Source: Octopus sinensis
Lineage: Eukaryota
Assembly (NCBI RefSeq): GCF_006345805.1
Contig: NC_043011.1
Span: 19,356,464 to 19,420,463, forward strand
Length of the DNA stretch: 64,000 nt
Direction: 5' to 3'
Both the position numbers and the translations under genes were made by a program. Position 1 is the first letter of the stretch, and every line of letters begins with the position of its first letter. Of this stretch, positions 38,385 to 52,390 are shown in pieces. The notes under the pieces were generated by a model. It was not told the origin of the DNA and made no database searches. It was given only the letters and a program-made list of their open reading frames with translations.

Positions 38385-40625
38385 TTCATCAATGAACCTG
38401 ATGCTACTAAATAAGGCTCCCTTGTTTGCAAAAAACAATTCTAATCTAACTATGAGTGAAATCAATATAATATTAGCAGGTAGAAAAACCATCATAAAAT
38501 TTGATAGCAAATATTGTGTAAGAAGGGACACTAGCGATAGCTTTGATATTACATTGGAATCTTCTATATTACCACAGGCCACAGAGTTATTGGGAATATA
38601 TATATTATTTAACTTAAGGAATTCCCGGAGCTAGGGGCGGTATATACAGGGATGACGCACTTTTTGCAATAGATGACTTATCTAATAGGAGATTAGAAAT
38701 ATATACGAAAAATTTATAAATTCTTCTAGAATATAGGACTATCCATATCGAAAATGAACACAATACCGCCATCTAGAAACAGGGATGTATAAAAACTAAC
38801 AGAAGCAGAATACCAACCTACGATACAATGGCACCAACAGTAACCTACCAAGAAGCATTACACGAAATCTAGTTGAAAATATATCAAAACGGATTTCGAG
38901 TTTCTCGAAGAATGAGGAAATTGTGAAATAGAATGTGGACTATTATCATATAGAACTAAATAAAGTAAAACATAAGCAAACATTGAAATACTATGTACTA
39001 AAGGATAACTATAATAAGAACTATACTCATGAAGTAAGATCCAAACGAAAGTTAAAATATTATGAACTAAACGTAAATTCTAATGAGAACTCTACACCGA
39101 ACGATATTCACAATAATAGAATTAAATTAAACCTAAGTAAAACATGATTACAGATGGAATTCGATGTAAAATAGATGAGAATAATATAAGAATAAACACC
39201 AAGAAATAATAGAAAGCCTAAATAAACCAAAAACAAAGAGATATAGATAGAAACAGTGAGGAACTAATAACATAATAGAAAGAAGGCCTAACACAAATCA
39301 TTATAATAATAAAAATTCTGACTACTTAAATCACATCCTAAATAGGATAAGAAATAATAAGAAGGTAGTAATTGAGAACCTCAACGTTAATATGCATGAC
39401 AATTGTGTATAACATTATACCTCATGTATAAAAGTAATTAACATCCAGAATAATTACTCTAAAAATAATTGCTATGAAGGTAATATATCACGGTTCATAA
39501 TACCATTTCCAGAACAAATTAGAACCGATATAGTGAAATTACTTTACAAAGCGGTAACCAAACACTTTTAAAAGCAAAAAAAAAAAATTCACAAAATAAT
39601 AAATTAAGAGCGGGTTTCTGCGTTTCAAAAATCATTGCACAAATTATACATGCACTATACACTAAAGTAATTAAATGATTTTTGTAATAACAGGAATAAG
39701 GAAAATACAAATGATTTACATAACGATCAAAAGGACGAAGATCATAACGATAGTAAGAAATACACAACAGGGGACGGAAGAGAGGTAACCCTTAATGTTT
39801 ACCCCACGACGGTCGAAAAATGTAAACTTGCAGCCTACAAAATTTAGAATAGATAAATGTAATAATAAAAGTAAAAATAATGATGATGATGATGATGATG
39901 ATGAGGATGATGATGAGGATGATAATTATGATGATGAGGATGATAATGATGATGATAATAATAATAATAATAATATAATAATAATAATAATAATAATAAC
40001 AACAATAATAATAATAATAACAGCAATGCAAATAATCTAAAATATATAAGCTAATACTTATAGTAGCAACAGCGAACATAAAATATGTGAGAATATCAAT
40101 TCTAAGATATATAAGAACAGGAAAGGAAAGGAATTTGACTCATTGGCTAAAGTTCATAACACAAGGAATAGGCATAAAGAAAATAACCCTGAAAACGAAA
40201 AAACTAGGCACAGCATTACTTGTAAGGAAACAACGAACTGTCCTGAAAAGAAAACGTGTGTCTGTGCCAACAAAAGGGAACATACGAAATTGTTGTAGAG
40301 AAACAAGTTTAAGATATAGGTATAATGTAACAACAGTGGAACATGATTACTGCTATATAGGCTCCAAGACAAATTATAGAAAAATCCGGGTAACCAACCA
40401 TGAAAGGACTTTGAGAACTAAAAACTGGCCCCAGTTTAAATAGATTACTTTAGGTAATTGATTACAAAAATAAAGTATATACACTGAAGAGGGAAGTAAT
40501 TAGCAGAGCGAAGCGTTATAGCATTCGAAGCAAAAGTTGTTGAGGAAAATTTCCAGTTCATTACACCCAAGCACAAATTAATCAACAATAAGAGACAAAG
40601 AGGTATTTGTTGCCGATATAGTATT
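38385..40625 (+). mobile_element. Degraded Penelope-like element ORF (RT core to GIY-YIG)
   Basis: SFDITL, GGIYRDDALF (RT catalytic), NSNLPRSI...NISKRISS, FIIPF linker, LRYRYNVTTVEHDYCYIGS (GIY-YIG-like); interrupted by (GAT)n/(TAA)n at 39860-40025. Confidence 0.8.
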
Positions 40626-40651
40626 AAATATATGTCTAATAAATATAAATA

Positions 40652-41078
40652 GGCGCAGGAGTGGCTGTGTGGTAAGTAGCTCGCTTACCAACCACATGAT
40701 TCCGGGTTCAGTCCCACTGCGTGGCATCTTGGGCAAGTGTCTTCTGCTATAGCCCCGGGCCGACCAATGTCTTGTGAATGGATTTGGTAGACAGAAACTG
40801 AAAGAAGCCTGTCGTATATATGTATATATATATATTATAAATGTGTGTGTATATGTTTGTGTGTCTGTGTTTGTCCCCCTAGCATTGCTTGACAACCGAT
40901 GCTGGTGTGTTTACGTCCCAGTAACTTAGCGGTTCGGCAAAAGAGACCGATAGAATAAGTACTGGGCTTACAAAGAATAAGTCCCGGGGTCGATTTGCTC
41001 GACTAAAGGCGGTGCTCCAGCATGGCCGCAGTCAAATGACTGAAACAAGTAAAAGAGTAAAGAGAAAAGAGTAAAGAG
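40652..41078 (+). mobile_element. SINE family B, full length
   Basis: tRNA-like head ggcgcaggagtggctgtgtggtaag...gggttcagtccc, core cttgggcaagtgtctt, (aagagta)n tail. Confidence 0.93.
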
Positions 41079-41421
41079 AGATAAAATCAGACATTATAGG
41101 AAGAGGTATACGTATAGTAATTCCAATTAATTATAATTAAATAGGCATTATGAGAATAAATACCTATGTAGAACTAATATTTCTATACTAATAAAATAGA
41201 GGAATACACATTGAAACCCTTACTATCTGCTGATGGATCAAAATATATAATTTAAAAATTACATTAAACAAAGTAGGGATATATGTATGTATAAACACAC
41301 ATATATGTATTCACATATGTATATATATACAAACACAAACATACACACACAAATGCACGCAAACAAACCACCACACACATATGTATGTATGTATGTATGT
41401 ATGTATATATATATATATATA

Positions 41422-41482
41422 AGCGCAGGAGTGGTTTTGTGGTCTGAAATTTGCTTCTCAAACACATGGTTCTGGATTCAGT
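41422..41482 (+). mobile_element. SINE family B, isolated head
   Basis: agcgcaggagtggttttgtgg...cacatggttctggattcagtc. Confidence 0.6.
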
Positions 41483-42313
41483 CAATAATAAATTTTTAAA
41501 TAATAAATTATATTTAAATAAACACTCCAGTATTGATAGAAATTGAGGTGAACGTAGAGTGAAACCTTAAAATGAAATGTACCCTCTCCACTGGAAAATA
41601 GCCCAACTCAATTCATGTAATACATAGTGAATTATGACCCGATTAATTATGAAAACTGATTTAATTAAAAATATATATAATAACATACACTATCAAAATA
41701 TATGACTGATATATTTAAATAAATGAAAATCGTAATAAGGATTAAAATTCTCGCGACTAAATACGTAGACGTTAAATAAATATATTGATTTGGATTCCTG
41801 CTAATATACAAAATATATTTTCTTTTAATTCTTTTCAAAAGTGAGTAGAAGATAGCGAGTCTTTACAAAACCGATCTAAGGAGAATGGTAGAATGACCTA
41901 TTTCCGCATGAATACAACTAACCAATGTCCACTGTGGTCGTAGTTTAACCTCAAGCCATCCAAAAGGAGCACATACTCACATATATATAATATACATTAG
42001 CATGCTGCTATCTCAATCTTTTAGAAACCCTACGTACATTAAGATGTGAACGAATATTTGTCAATCTTTGCCATGACGATTGTAGAGACCATTACCTTTA
42101 AAATGCATAATGCAATCTTAATTGCAAAATATGAATGAAGGGAAGAAATTGAAACGTTCCTAGACGATATGAAATGGACTATTATATAGAGTTTTGTTTG
42201 TGTTGAAAATGTCCATTTCATTTATATGTGTTTATATGTATTTATCTAGATATATATCTATCCATGAATTATACCTATCTACCTATCTATCTATCTATCA
42301 ATCTATCTATCTA

Positions 42314-42392
<79 letters not shown>

Positions 42393-42813
42393 AATATATG
42401 TATATATATATACAAACGTCTACTTATTTAGTCGTGAGTGTAGTTGGTACTATTCTGGTCACATGGTCGAAGTTTGAGCCTGATCACACCATTTTTCTTT
42501 GTGGTTTTACAGTGTAAGCATGGTCGCCCCTCTAGCAATGTGCACCAAAGAAGAACAAAGAGCGAGACGGTGCACGTGTTAGTGAGACTGTATATGTTTG
42601 GCAGATTATTACTCTGTTACGTACAATGCAAATATGACGTTTGTCAGGAAAGTTTAAGTATGAAATCTAATCTATTCAGTATTTGCCTAAAAAGTCCCCG
42701 AATAAATTTCATTTTATAGCAGAATAAGCAGGCAAATATTTTCATTCCGTTGGTATTAGTTGGATTATTCATATTTTCTCCAGCCCTTTGATTTAAAAAA
42801 AAACGTCAAATAT

Positions 42814-43062
42814 GCGCAGGAGTGGCTAGGGCGCAGGAGTGGCTAGGGCGCAGGAGTGGCTAGGGCGCAGGAGTGGCTAGGGCGCAGGAGTGGCTAGGGC
42901 GCAGGAGTGGCTGTATGGTAAGTAGCTTGTCTACCAACCACATGGTTCCGGGTTCAGTCCCACTGCGTGGCACCTTGGGCAAGTGTCTTCTACTATAGCC
43001 TCGGGCCGACCAAAGCCTTGTGAGTGGATTTGGTAGACGGAAACTGAAAGAAGCCCGTCGTA

Positions 43063-43100
<38 letters not shown>

Positions 43101-43362
43101 TGTGTATATATATATATATATATGCGTGTATATATATATGTGTGTGTGTTTGTGTGTCTGTATTTGTCCCCTAGCATTGCTTGACAACCGATGCTGGTGT
43201 GTTTATGTCTCCGTTACTTAGCGGTTCGGCAAACAAGACCGATAGAATAAGTACTGAGCTTACAAAAGAATAAGTCCCGGGGTCGAGTTGCTCTATTAAA
43301 GGCGGTGCTCCAGCATGGCCGCAGTCAAATGAATGAAACAAGTAAAAGAGTAAAGAGTAAAG
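42814..43362 (+). mobile_element. SINE family B with six tandem copies of its 17-bp 5' end
   Basis: gcgcaggagtggct starts at 42814, 42831, 42848, 42865, 42882, 42899; the last copy runs into the normal body. Confidence 0.93.
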
Positions 43363-44979
43363 ACTATGGATAATAAATAGTGCATTAATACAAAATAGCT
43401 AAACTTGTTATATTCAGGAATAAAATATGGAGAATATTTTCGATGCATTTGAACCTTATATAAAATAGCATTTTAGTTGCAGAATGGCTTATTTTGCTAA
43501 AGCACGTTATGAAAGTTAAAATTCAATAATTTTAAAATATAACGACGGTTTCACTGTTCTGGCAACGCTTATTAGAATGCTAATATACTTAGCCATGTCA
43601 CACAACTGGATATTATCCATTATATAAGAGACGATGTTGTGTTAAATACCGTATATATAAAAGCAACATTTATACATTACAATGATGGCGCCGTCATAAA
43701 TAAAATGAATTGAGAGATCGATGCATATTCATTTTCAATCTTAGGCTAACGTATAAATTACATCAGTGTTATACAAGCTACGGCCATTCATTTAGTACGG
43801 AAAACACAGAAGGACAAGAGTAAAGTGATGATGGTTTGGCTTAGATTAATAAATAGGAGTTCAGGTGCATTAAACAAAATTTATTACTTTGACAATGTAT
43901 GCGTAAAGCAATTTTGTTGTTAATTAATACTGAACAACAATTAAGATATTTCCCATTAATTCACTTAAAATGATTAATGATGAAGCATAATTTTAGCCAG
44001 TACAAAAGAATGTATTGTGTAAAATACACTTTTTGATATCAAACAATTTAAATATAAAACAATGGCTTTAATGTAAGGCTTAGAGAAAGTTAGCTGAGAC
44101 GAATGTAATATATAACGGACGCTTGATGTTTTTAATTCACTGTTACTTAAATAATTGAAAAATTGAAATGATAAAAGGTTAGTTACAAAATATTTCTAAA
44201 ATAAAAACAAAGTATATTTTACTTTCATTAATATTGATTGCCACTAACACAAGACAATTGTTCAAATCGACGCTATAGTTGTGGTAGTATATCAACACTT
44301 GAGATATAAACATGGTTCTCTTGCGGAATTTTATAATAAACCGCCAAATTGAAATACCAAGCAGTATGATGATGAGTAATAACAGAAGAAAATAGTTAAT
44401 AGCTTCGGAAATATGTAAGTATTAAAAGTGAGAACTGTCAGTTGTTTTGAGTTACTCTTCTAAAACGCATAATGATTCAAATCTTACATACTTGGGAAGG
44501 AGTTATTGGAAATGTTTATTATTAGTAAACAAGAGGGGAATGGAAATGAAATTGGGGAGACGTATCTATGTGGTGTATGCATCTAAGTTTAATATGGTAT
44601 ACATACACCCGCATCCATTCACACTTAACATATTTACATATACAATTATGCATGCGTGTATGTCTGTATGCGTGTACGTATGTATGTATGTATGTATGTA
44701 TGTATGTATGTATGTATGTATGTATGTATGTATGTAGGTAGGTAGGTAGGTAGGTATGTATGTAGGTAGGTAGGTGGGTAGGTAGGTAGGTAGGCTTATA
44801 TGAAAGAGGTGCATTTCAGAAGCTTTGAAACAATTTTAGGAGAGGCAGTTATAACTTTCCTAGATAATTCTAATTTTAGTATATCATTTTTATACATTTA
44901 ATGATCTGACCTACCAAATTTTGATTGTCACGATTCTTTCTTGTACACAACTACGTTAAAGAGTCTGGCGTTACAACTG

Positions 44980-45200
44980 TCTTTCACGCTTCCTACTGTA
45001 CAGCCATTACTCCCAGCGACTTTTAGTTTGCTCCAAGCTGAAGGAGAACGCCAGTGTCAGACGGTTTGAAGACATTGAGGAAATAGACGCTGTGTTAAGT
45101 ATGGGCACCTTCATTTTGGTGGCTTATACGGTGCTTTTACGAAGTGGATGAAACGCTACAACTGCATCGAAGTAAGAGGATTCTACTTTGAAAGATATTA
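44980..45200 (+). mobile_element. Mariner transposase C-terminal relic
   Basis: PSDF...RRFEDIEEI...AFTKWMKR...CIEVRGFYFE. Confidence 0.5.
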
Positions 45201-45369
45201 GGAATTTGTAGTTCGATGAAATCAATATATGGTTAAGTATCAAGTCATTAAGAATGAAAAGCCTTTAACTCTAATATTTTATTCAGGCAGTTCAATATTT
45301 TACATCATCGAAGAGTTAGATCATCACGTTTCGAAATGCAATTCATGGTGTCTGATTATGCATTGAGTT

Positions 45370-45650
45370 TACTCCTTTAAATTAATTTCGAGTTGTTTAT
45401 GAATATGAGTACGGTCGTGGAACCAATTCATCCCAGACAGCTCGAAACATCAATTAGGTGTTTGGTAAAGATGTGGCGAATGAGAGCATTGTACATGTAT
45501 GTTTGAAGAAGATCCAGCCTGGTGACTTTACTTTTAAAATCAGCCCTGTGATAGAGTGAGACCAAGGTGGATAATGATAAGCCAGAAACTGTAATGGAAG
45601 CGATAGCATCTCAAACTATGCATGTGTTAGCAGCAAGGTTTGATGCTTTG
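45370..45650 (+). mobile_element. Mariner transposase N-terminal relic
   Basis: YEYEYGRGTNSSQTARNIN...VFGKDVANE...VDND...MEA..SQT..LAARFD (HTH region). Confidence 0.65.
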
Positions 45651-45839
45651 ATTCTAACTCAGCAAGGTAATGAAGTTGGACAAGTAAAGTATAGACAATC
45701 TCAAAACAATAATTATCCGAAATCCACAAGTCATTCTGGAGATAAGCAGACAACTGTGGATGCACATATATATTTCAAAGTAAAAACTATTTTTCCTTAG
45801 TCTCAAAATATATCAAAGCAAGAGGAATTTGTGTTTTAC

Positions 45840-45962
45840 GATTCATTTGATAGATTTGAATAAGATGGAATTTCTTCATTGGTAGATGTGATGCCATTTG
45901 TCTGGTCATTCTCCCCATAATAGATAGAGGGAACTTTAAAAGACCTTGCACTTAAGATCATT
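45840..45962 (-). other. Candidate isolated exon of an unknown gene
   Basis: Acceptor ttttcttttaaattacag, donor gtaaaa, 123 nt, symmetric phase, open frame MILSARSFKVPSIYYGENDQTNGITSTNEEIPSYSNLSNE; no homology recognised. Confidence 0.2.
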
Positions 45963-48554
45963 CTGTAATTTAAAAGAAAACAATGTCAGATAGAAGAGAG
46001 AGGAAAATAATGTAAGTTTTTTGCAGATATGTACCTAAATTAAAGTATGTAAATACATGGAGAAATATCAAAACATGAATAAACGAATATGTAAAGGAGA
46101 AGGCGTAGCTTTTAACATTTTATTCAGTGAAACATCTTAACAGTAATATTGAATATAACTAAATTTCTATACACAAATAGGAGAATGATTAAAAATATAT
46201 GAATGTGTGAACTGACAGATAAAAGATTTTAGTGAGGGATGGGTAGATGACTAAGAGGAGGCAGATGATAACTAAATATTTATTGTAACACAGTACTAAA
46301 TTTCGGGGCGGTTATGATGACAGCATTTATTTCCAACAACATCACACTGAGTATTATCAAACCGTTATTTTAAGAACGATTATAAATCTTAAATTTAGTA
46401 TACTGTAAATAACTAATGCAATAAACATTAACTAATATAGTATTCCTTATTCAGGAAATTATTGGACCATTAGAGTAGGACAAACTTTCAAATTTTATGA
46501 ATGTATTTGCTGAAAATATATTATTATATAATTATATCCAGTACGTTTTTCTCACATGAATAATAAGGAGCAAATAGTACGTTTAAATCTCTACGAAATC
46601 TAAACAGTAAAGCGGGGTATCGCATTATTTTAATTCAGTCCTATTTTCCTGCTTTAGCGACAAAATGTTTGGAAACACATAAATTGAAGTTTATGTATAT
46701 TTTCTTTTAACAGTAGTGAAAAATACGACACTACTACCGTTCAACGGGTAAGAATGATGTAAATGCTTTTCAGAGCACTTCTGTCAATGTTGCCCACAAC
46801 AGATTTAGTTGTGTACGATGATCGAATAAAGATTGCACGTATATCAATAAGAAGCTAACGAAAATATATAAAATTATAATTTAATTTATATAACAAATAT
46901 GTAGGAAGAATCATACTTTTCCTTTGAAATTTCAAGGTGGTGTATATTGTCAGTTTTGCAGGGGTTAACGAATACATTTAGAAACCTCAATCATTAACAA
47001 ATAATTCAAATAGAAATGATAGGACATGTTAATGGTATTCACAAGAACATATTAACACAAATAATAGTTATGAAATATAAATTGGGTAATTGCTTAAGAA
47101 GATGAAAATATGGCAATGTGCGTGGGTTAAGTTATATACATATATTTGTGTGTGTGTGTGTGTTTGTATCGGCCGCGCATGTGGCTCTGTGTGTGTATTA
47201 AAATGGTTAAGAGCTTAAACAGAAGCACATTTATATTAATCACACAAAAGAACAGATTGTATTGAATACATTATTATTGACATGAAAAGAAAATATTGAT
47301 ATTTTATCGAAAATTGCAACCAGCGTCCATCGTTACGTAACACGATTTTGTCATACTTTTTTTAGGGAGGGGGAAATAAATTAAAATCAATATATTGAAC
47401 TTCATCTTCCATGATGATAGTTCCGTGAGTTCAGGTTTTTACATACTGTACATGGTTCTATTGCGTGGCATCATCATCATCATCGTCGTCGTCATCACCG
47501 TTGTCTTCTTCGTCGTGATCGTCACCATATTGATCATCATCAACATCCTCATCAACTTCATTATCATCATCTTAATCATTATAGACAGGGATCTTTTGTA
47601 TGTGGCTGCACCTGTAGACATTTTTAATTTTGTGGAAATTTTTAAATTTGGGGTATTAATGTAATATTCAACAATAGATTTGAGGGACTGATCCAATGTT
47701 TCCACATAATTTTTGTTTTCAAGTCACAGAGGTTTAAAGTGTGATATTTCTTACCAAGTCAGAAAACAGGATTCGGAAGCTGTCATTTTGTACAAGACTG
47801 CATGTTTTGTCAAATATAAAGAATTGAAATATTGACGGAATCTGGCACTACGGGCACCATATAGCCCCTCACAACACTTTTAGTTCTTGGAATTTTCAGA
47901 AAATGCTTGCGAATTTGTATTCTACACACGGCAATTTATAGGATTATACAAAAACCAAAACAAACAAAAAATGGTGAGTGCTTTAAGGCTTATTTAGTTA
48001 ATATGGTATGCCTTATACCTTATGTATTTTAAGAATTTAATAAATGAAAAGTGTTGTCAGAAAGAGTGTTGTCACGTCTCACCCAGATTCTTTTGCCCAT
48101 TCAGCATTAGCTTCGGTGGGAAAAAATAAAATCGGATAAAATTTTGAACGCGCTTCATATACTACATTAGTGTGGTTTGAGGAGCAAACTCTTACCACAC
48201 AGCCATGTCTGTTGAAGGTATCTTAATTAAGTCAGGACACATTCACACCATACACTGTTTCACTTTAAAGATGATATGAAAATATAATATAAAATAAGTA
48301 AAAGAACAATTTTAAGGATGACTAAATAAAGAAAATATTAATAATTTTTTACTTGATTTTATTTGTCCATATCAATCTATTTTATACTACTTCGAATATT
48401 AATTTAACTGAATGAAATAAGCTAATATATTCCCGCTTTATCATTCATTTAGTAGAATAAAGAATGTAATTGAGAGAGTATCCTTGCATTTGAGGCAGTA
48501 GACCAGAGTAAATTAGTTAAAATCTATATAAAATATGCTTGTGAGTATTTTATT

Positions 48555-48796
48555 TTAAACGAATTAATGATCAAATATGCACATTCATATAAATATTTAA
48601 AAGAATTTTCTGAATAAATAATTGTAATTTGAACTCAAATAGAAGGGCATTTTGGTTAACCTAATAAAATACTCATAAGCATATTTTATTAGGTTAACCA
48701 ATGTGCCCTTCTATTTGAGTTCAAATTAAAATTACTTATTCGGAAAATTCTAAAACTTTAAAATGAATGTATATATTTTATCATTAATTCGTTTAA
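48555..48796. mobile_element. Near-perfect palindromic foldback element (~116-bp arms, 10-nt loop)
   Basis: Inner 46 bp (48626-48671 vs 48682-48727) have 2 mismatches; outer arms ttaaacgaattaatgat / atcattaattcgtttaa match. Confidence 0.85.
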
Positions 48797-50079
48797 TAAT
48801 TTCCATTTAAATGTAACAATGTAACGATATGGAATACGTCTTCCAAGCAGAGATCCCAGTTGCCATTCCCATTACTATATAGAGAAGCACTATAAATAAT
48901 TATAGTCGAGCATTTACTGTCACATTTGTTGTCTCTGTCTCTTAAATTTCCAATGAACCTGGTCAGGTTAGTACAGTTCATTTGTGTTCTTTATTTTGGA
49001 AAGAAGAAAGATGATTACGTGCTAATTTTTGCAGCATGTACAACATAAACCTAATTAATAATTAGAAATACATTCAGCTATTTACTGTTAATTTATAAAC
49101 CAGATAAAAATCTGTACCATTGTTCTTTAGTGAACATGCCACCAATTTGTTTATATGTTAACAGGAGTTCGAAAATCATTAGGTGTTTACTTGTTCATAA
49201 ATTTACGGAGCGTATTGTCCAAATGTGGCAAATAAGAACTGTCTCTCAGTAATTTAAAGATGCAACGATTGTACATCATTGTGGCATACCGCTGCTTTCC
49301 GTTGCTGGAAAAACCTCCTCGAATCATCTTAAACAGAATTCACACTGACTTCGTCGGTGCTGTTTGTCTTTAATCTACAGATATCTAATTATTAAAGTCG
49401 AAAATCTATAAGAAAAGACATTCCTGTTCAATTTTGTAAATATGTTATATATAGGCATATATATAGAGACACTATTTTTGAAAGTAATATTTCTCCCTTC
49501 TTTAGATATTTGATTGTCTAAGAAGAATTTTAATCCTCGCTTCTCAGCCTCTGCAGTTATGCTCATGAACAACGTTCAAAAAGTACTCAGACACATTTGG
49601 AGTTGCTCTTTAACATCGGCTGACATACAGTATCCGTCAGGTAGACCGGGTGGATGTAAGAGGGATATTGTTGATTCTTTTCTTTACTGTTTAGTTGTAC
49701 AATCCCTCTTTTCTTTGTGGTAAAGGACACCAAGGTTTTGTGCATTCTTACTGCGATTAATATGACTACCAGATTGAAATAAAATATAACCTGTCTAAAA
49801 ATCAAAAATAAATTTCGCTTCTCGTGTTAGAGGTATAGATAGTTGCTATAAAGAATTGAAACTCTGTAATCTGAAATAAAAAGTGATTTATTAGCTGTTC
49901 CAATTACCAAGCAGTATGTGCAGAGTCATTAGGATAAAAAGGTTGTCTACTTATTTTCGAAATGCATGTTTATATAGATGTGTGTGCGTGTATACTAGTT
50001 TGTGTGTCTGTCTTCGTGTTTGTGTATGTATATATATATATACATAAATACACACACACACACACACACATACACACAA

Positions 50080-50139
<60 letters not shown>

Positions 50140-50521
50140 CGAGGAGTGAAGCGTACAAAGAAAGTTAGTTTCAAGCAACCGGTAATAAGCCTAAAACTCA
50201 AGTCTATTGGGACGGAAGATTGTGAAATGTTTTTGATAGAAGTAAGATCAATTGAAAAACAGTTCTTTATATTTCACGGTAGGCAACCAGGGCTGCCGGG
50301 TATGCGAATAAGAATACAAGAATTAAGAAATGGAGTAGACGGGATGCGGGGTACATATATTTCATAGCGAGTGGAACCTCGGAAATGATAAATATTCAAG
50401 CGAGGTGTATATCGCAGGCTAATATCCACGTCAATGATATCGTGATTAAATGAAAGTTTACATTCTCACAAGGAGGTACATGTTAACACATGGCATATTC
50501 AATCAAATCTCTCTCTCTCTC

Positions 50522-50577
<56 letters not shown>

Positions 50578-50749
50578 TTTAGATATACATATCCATATAT
50601 ACATACTTTTATATAAGCAAGTATGCATGTACTTATGCATGTATGCATCGTGAATACAATGCTTGTTCGTATGTATAATGTAGAATGCTTCCATAAACGT
50701 CTAAGTAATTGAATCAATTATTAGATTAAATATAACATTAGGGATATCA

Positions 50750-50801
50750 CAATAATAATAATAATAATAATAATATTAATAATAATAATAATAATGATAA
50801 C

Positions 50802-50889
<88 letters not shown>

Positions 50890-50900
50890 GTAATAATAAT
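50750..50900. repeat. (TAA)n microsatellite
   Basis: Direct reading. Confidence 0.95.
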
Positions 50901-51110
50901 TACGGAGATGTACTCGCATAGCAAGTGATTTGATCTGAGATCGTGTGCTGGAACGAAAACAATTGCTGCGCGGATTTTTGTCAGTGAACAGGTCGCGGAT
51001 TTTAGCGACGAAAATATTTTGACAAATTAAACTTAAATGTTAAAGTGAATCGAACGGCTTTTGTGTGTTTCTTAAATGGCTTACAAACACCTTCCACGTT
51101 GCAACTGTTT
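50901..51110 (-). mobile_element. MITE-like element (tacggagatgtact family), opposite orientation
   Basis: Same head as 9738, but interior is the reverse complement of 19545-19685, so the head acts as a TIR. Confidence 0.65.
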
Positions 51111-51152
51111 AATAATAATTAATATCATTACTATTATTATTATTATTATTAT

Positions 51153-51493
51153 TCTATGTTTGACTTTTGCTTTATGTCTGTACAAGTTGGCTCCAAGTCT
51201 CACCCAGAGACCTCAAGAGACAACAGGTTGGAAGTTCTGTGCCATATATTTGGGGTTTTTTTGTTTTTTTTTTGTGTTGTACTAGTGAATGTCTAATACA
51301 TAAAAAAAAATTAAAAGATTAAAAATTAAAATTAAAATTAAAAAAAGTTTGTTTTAAACCTTGGGATTACATAGAGAGTATTTTGCGTAGGATATGAGCA
51401 GTTCCCATGAGCACTATCTTTTGAATTTCTGCCATTTTGGGGTTTCCTGGTATCTAAGTTAGGTAGCAATCAGTCCCTTTCGCTATCATTCCC
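51153..51493 (-). mobile_element. R4/Dong-type LINE 3' end in (TAA)n
   Basis: IPGNPKMAEIQKIVLMGTAHILRKILSM* parallels QKIALLGTAHILRRTLSIQ* of the 11638 element; (TAA)n at both ends. Confidence 0.8.
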
Positions 51494-51521
51494 ATTATTA
51501 ATATTATTATTATTATTATTA

Positions 51522-51560
<39 letters not shown>

Positions 51561-52390
51561 CATCACTATAACAACAAACTTAAAAATGTATTAATACTAT
51601 TTCGTTTATTTAAACTTTAAAAATACGTGAAAAGGAGCATTTAGACAATGCAAATTTAACAAAATACTATATTAATGACCGATAAATGATAATTAACCCG
51701 GAAATGCATTTAAATGGTGAGTTAATGAAGTACAGCGTAAATAATATTTTAGAGGGAATATAGTAGATGCATTCATATAATAACTAAAATTTAATAAAAT
51801 ATACTCTATTAGTACTTCATATTAATCGGCTAGCGATGCGACTAATCAGAAATTGATGAGCTTTTCCGTTTTTTCTTATATTCCGATAACTGAAAATGTA
51901 TTAGCAAAAAAAACAAATGCATTATATATCTTTAATTTTTTTGCTGAAATATGATAGCTCGAAGAGCGATGAACAAGCAGTCCATTAGAAATACGTTATA
52001 TTATTACTATTCTATGAAACCGAAAACAAATATAAACAAAATTAAAGAAAATTTGTACGCAAATATAATAACCATTAATATGATTTTAAGATTACAAACA
52101 AATCAATCATAAAGAGTGTTGCGAGACACTGCTGAAAGGTGATTCACAAAAAAACATCTATCAAAAACATATATATAAAGTGGATGGTAAATTCCTAATA
52201 AATAATGCTTGTTCACACTTCTAGATACACACCTATATGGACACATAGACACACGCGCACACAAATCTGAATCTGCGTGTGAGTGTGTGTGTGTGTGCGT
52301 GTACATGAGTAAATATATGTATAAACAGAAAAGTAGAAAAGTACCACATATGTGACTTCTGGTGTATATATATATATATATATATATATA

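Noticed and set aside
42814-42915. CRISPR-like appearance of regular 17-bp repeats
   Set aside because: No spacers, eukaryotic context, and the unit is the SINE 5' end.
46714-46747. Plus-strand 34-nt microexon with good splice sites
   Set aside because: Isolated; such matches are frequent by chance in AT-rich introns.
47395-47705. Asp-rich or Met/Thr-rich frames suggesting an acidic-tail exon
   Set aside because: Driven by (GAT)n-like repeats; the Asp frame has stops on both sides.
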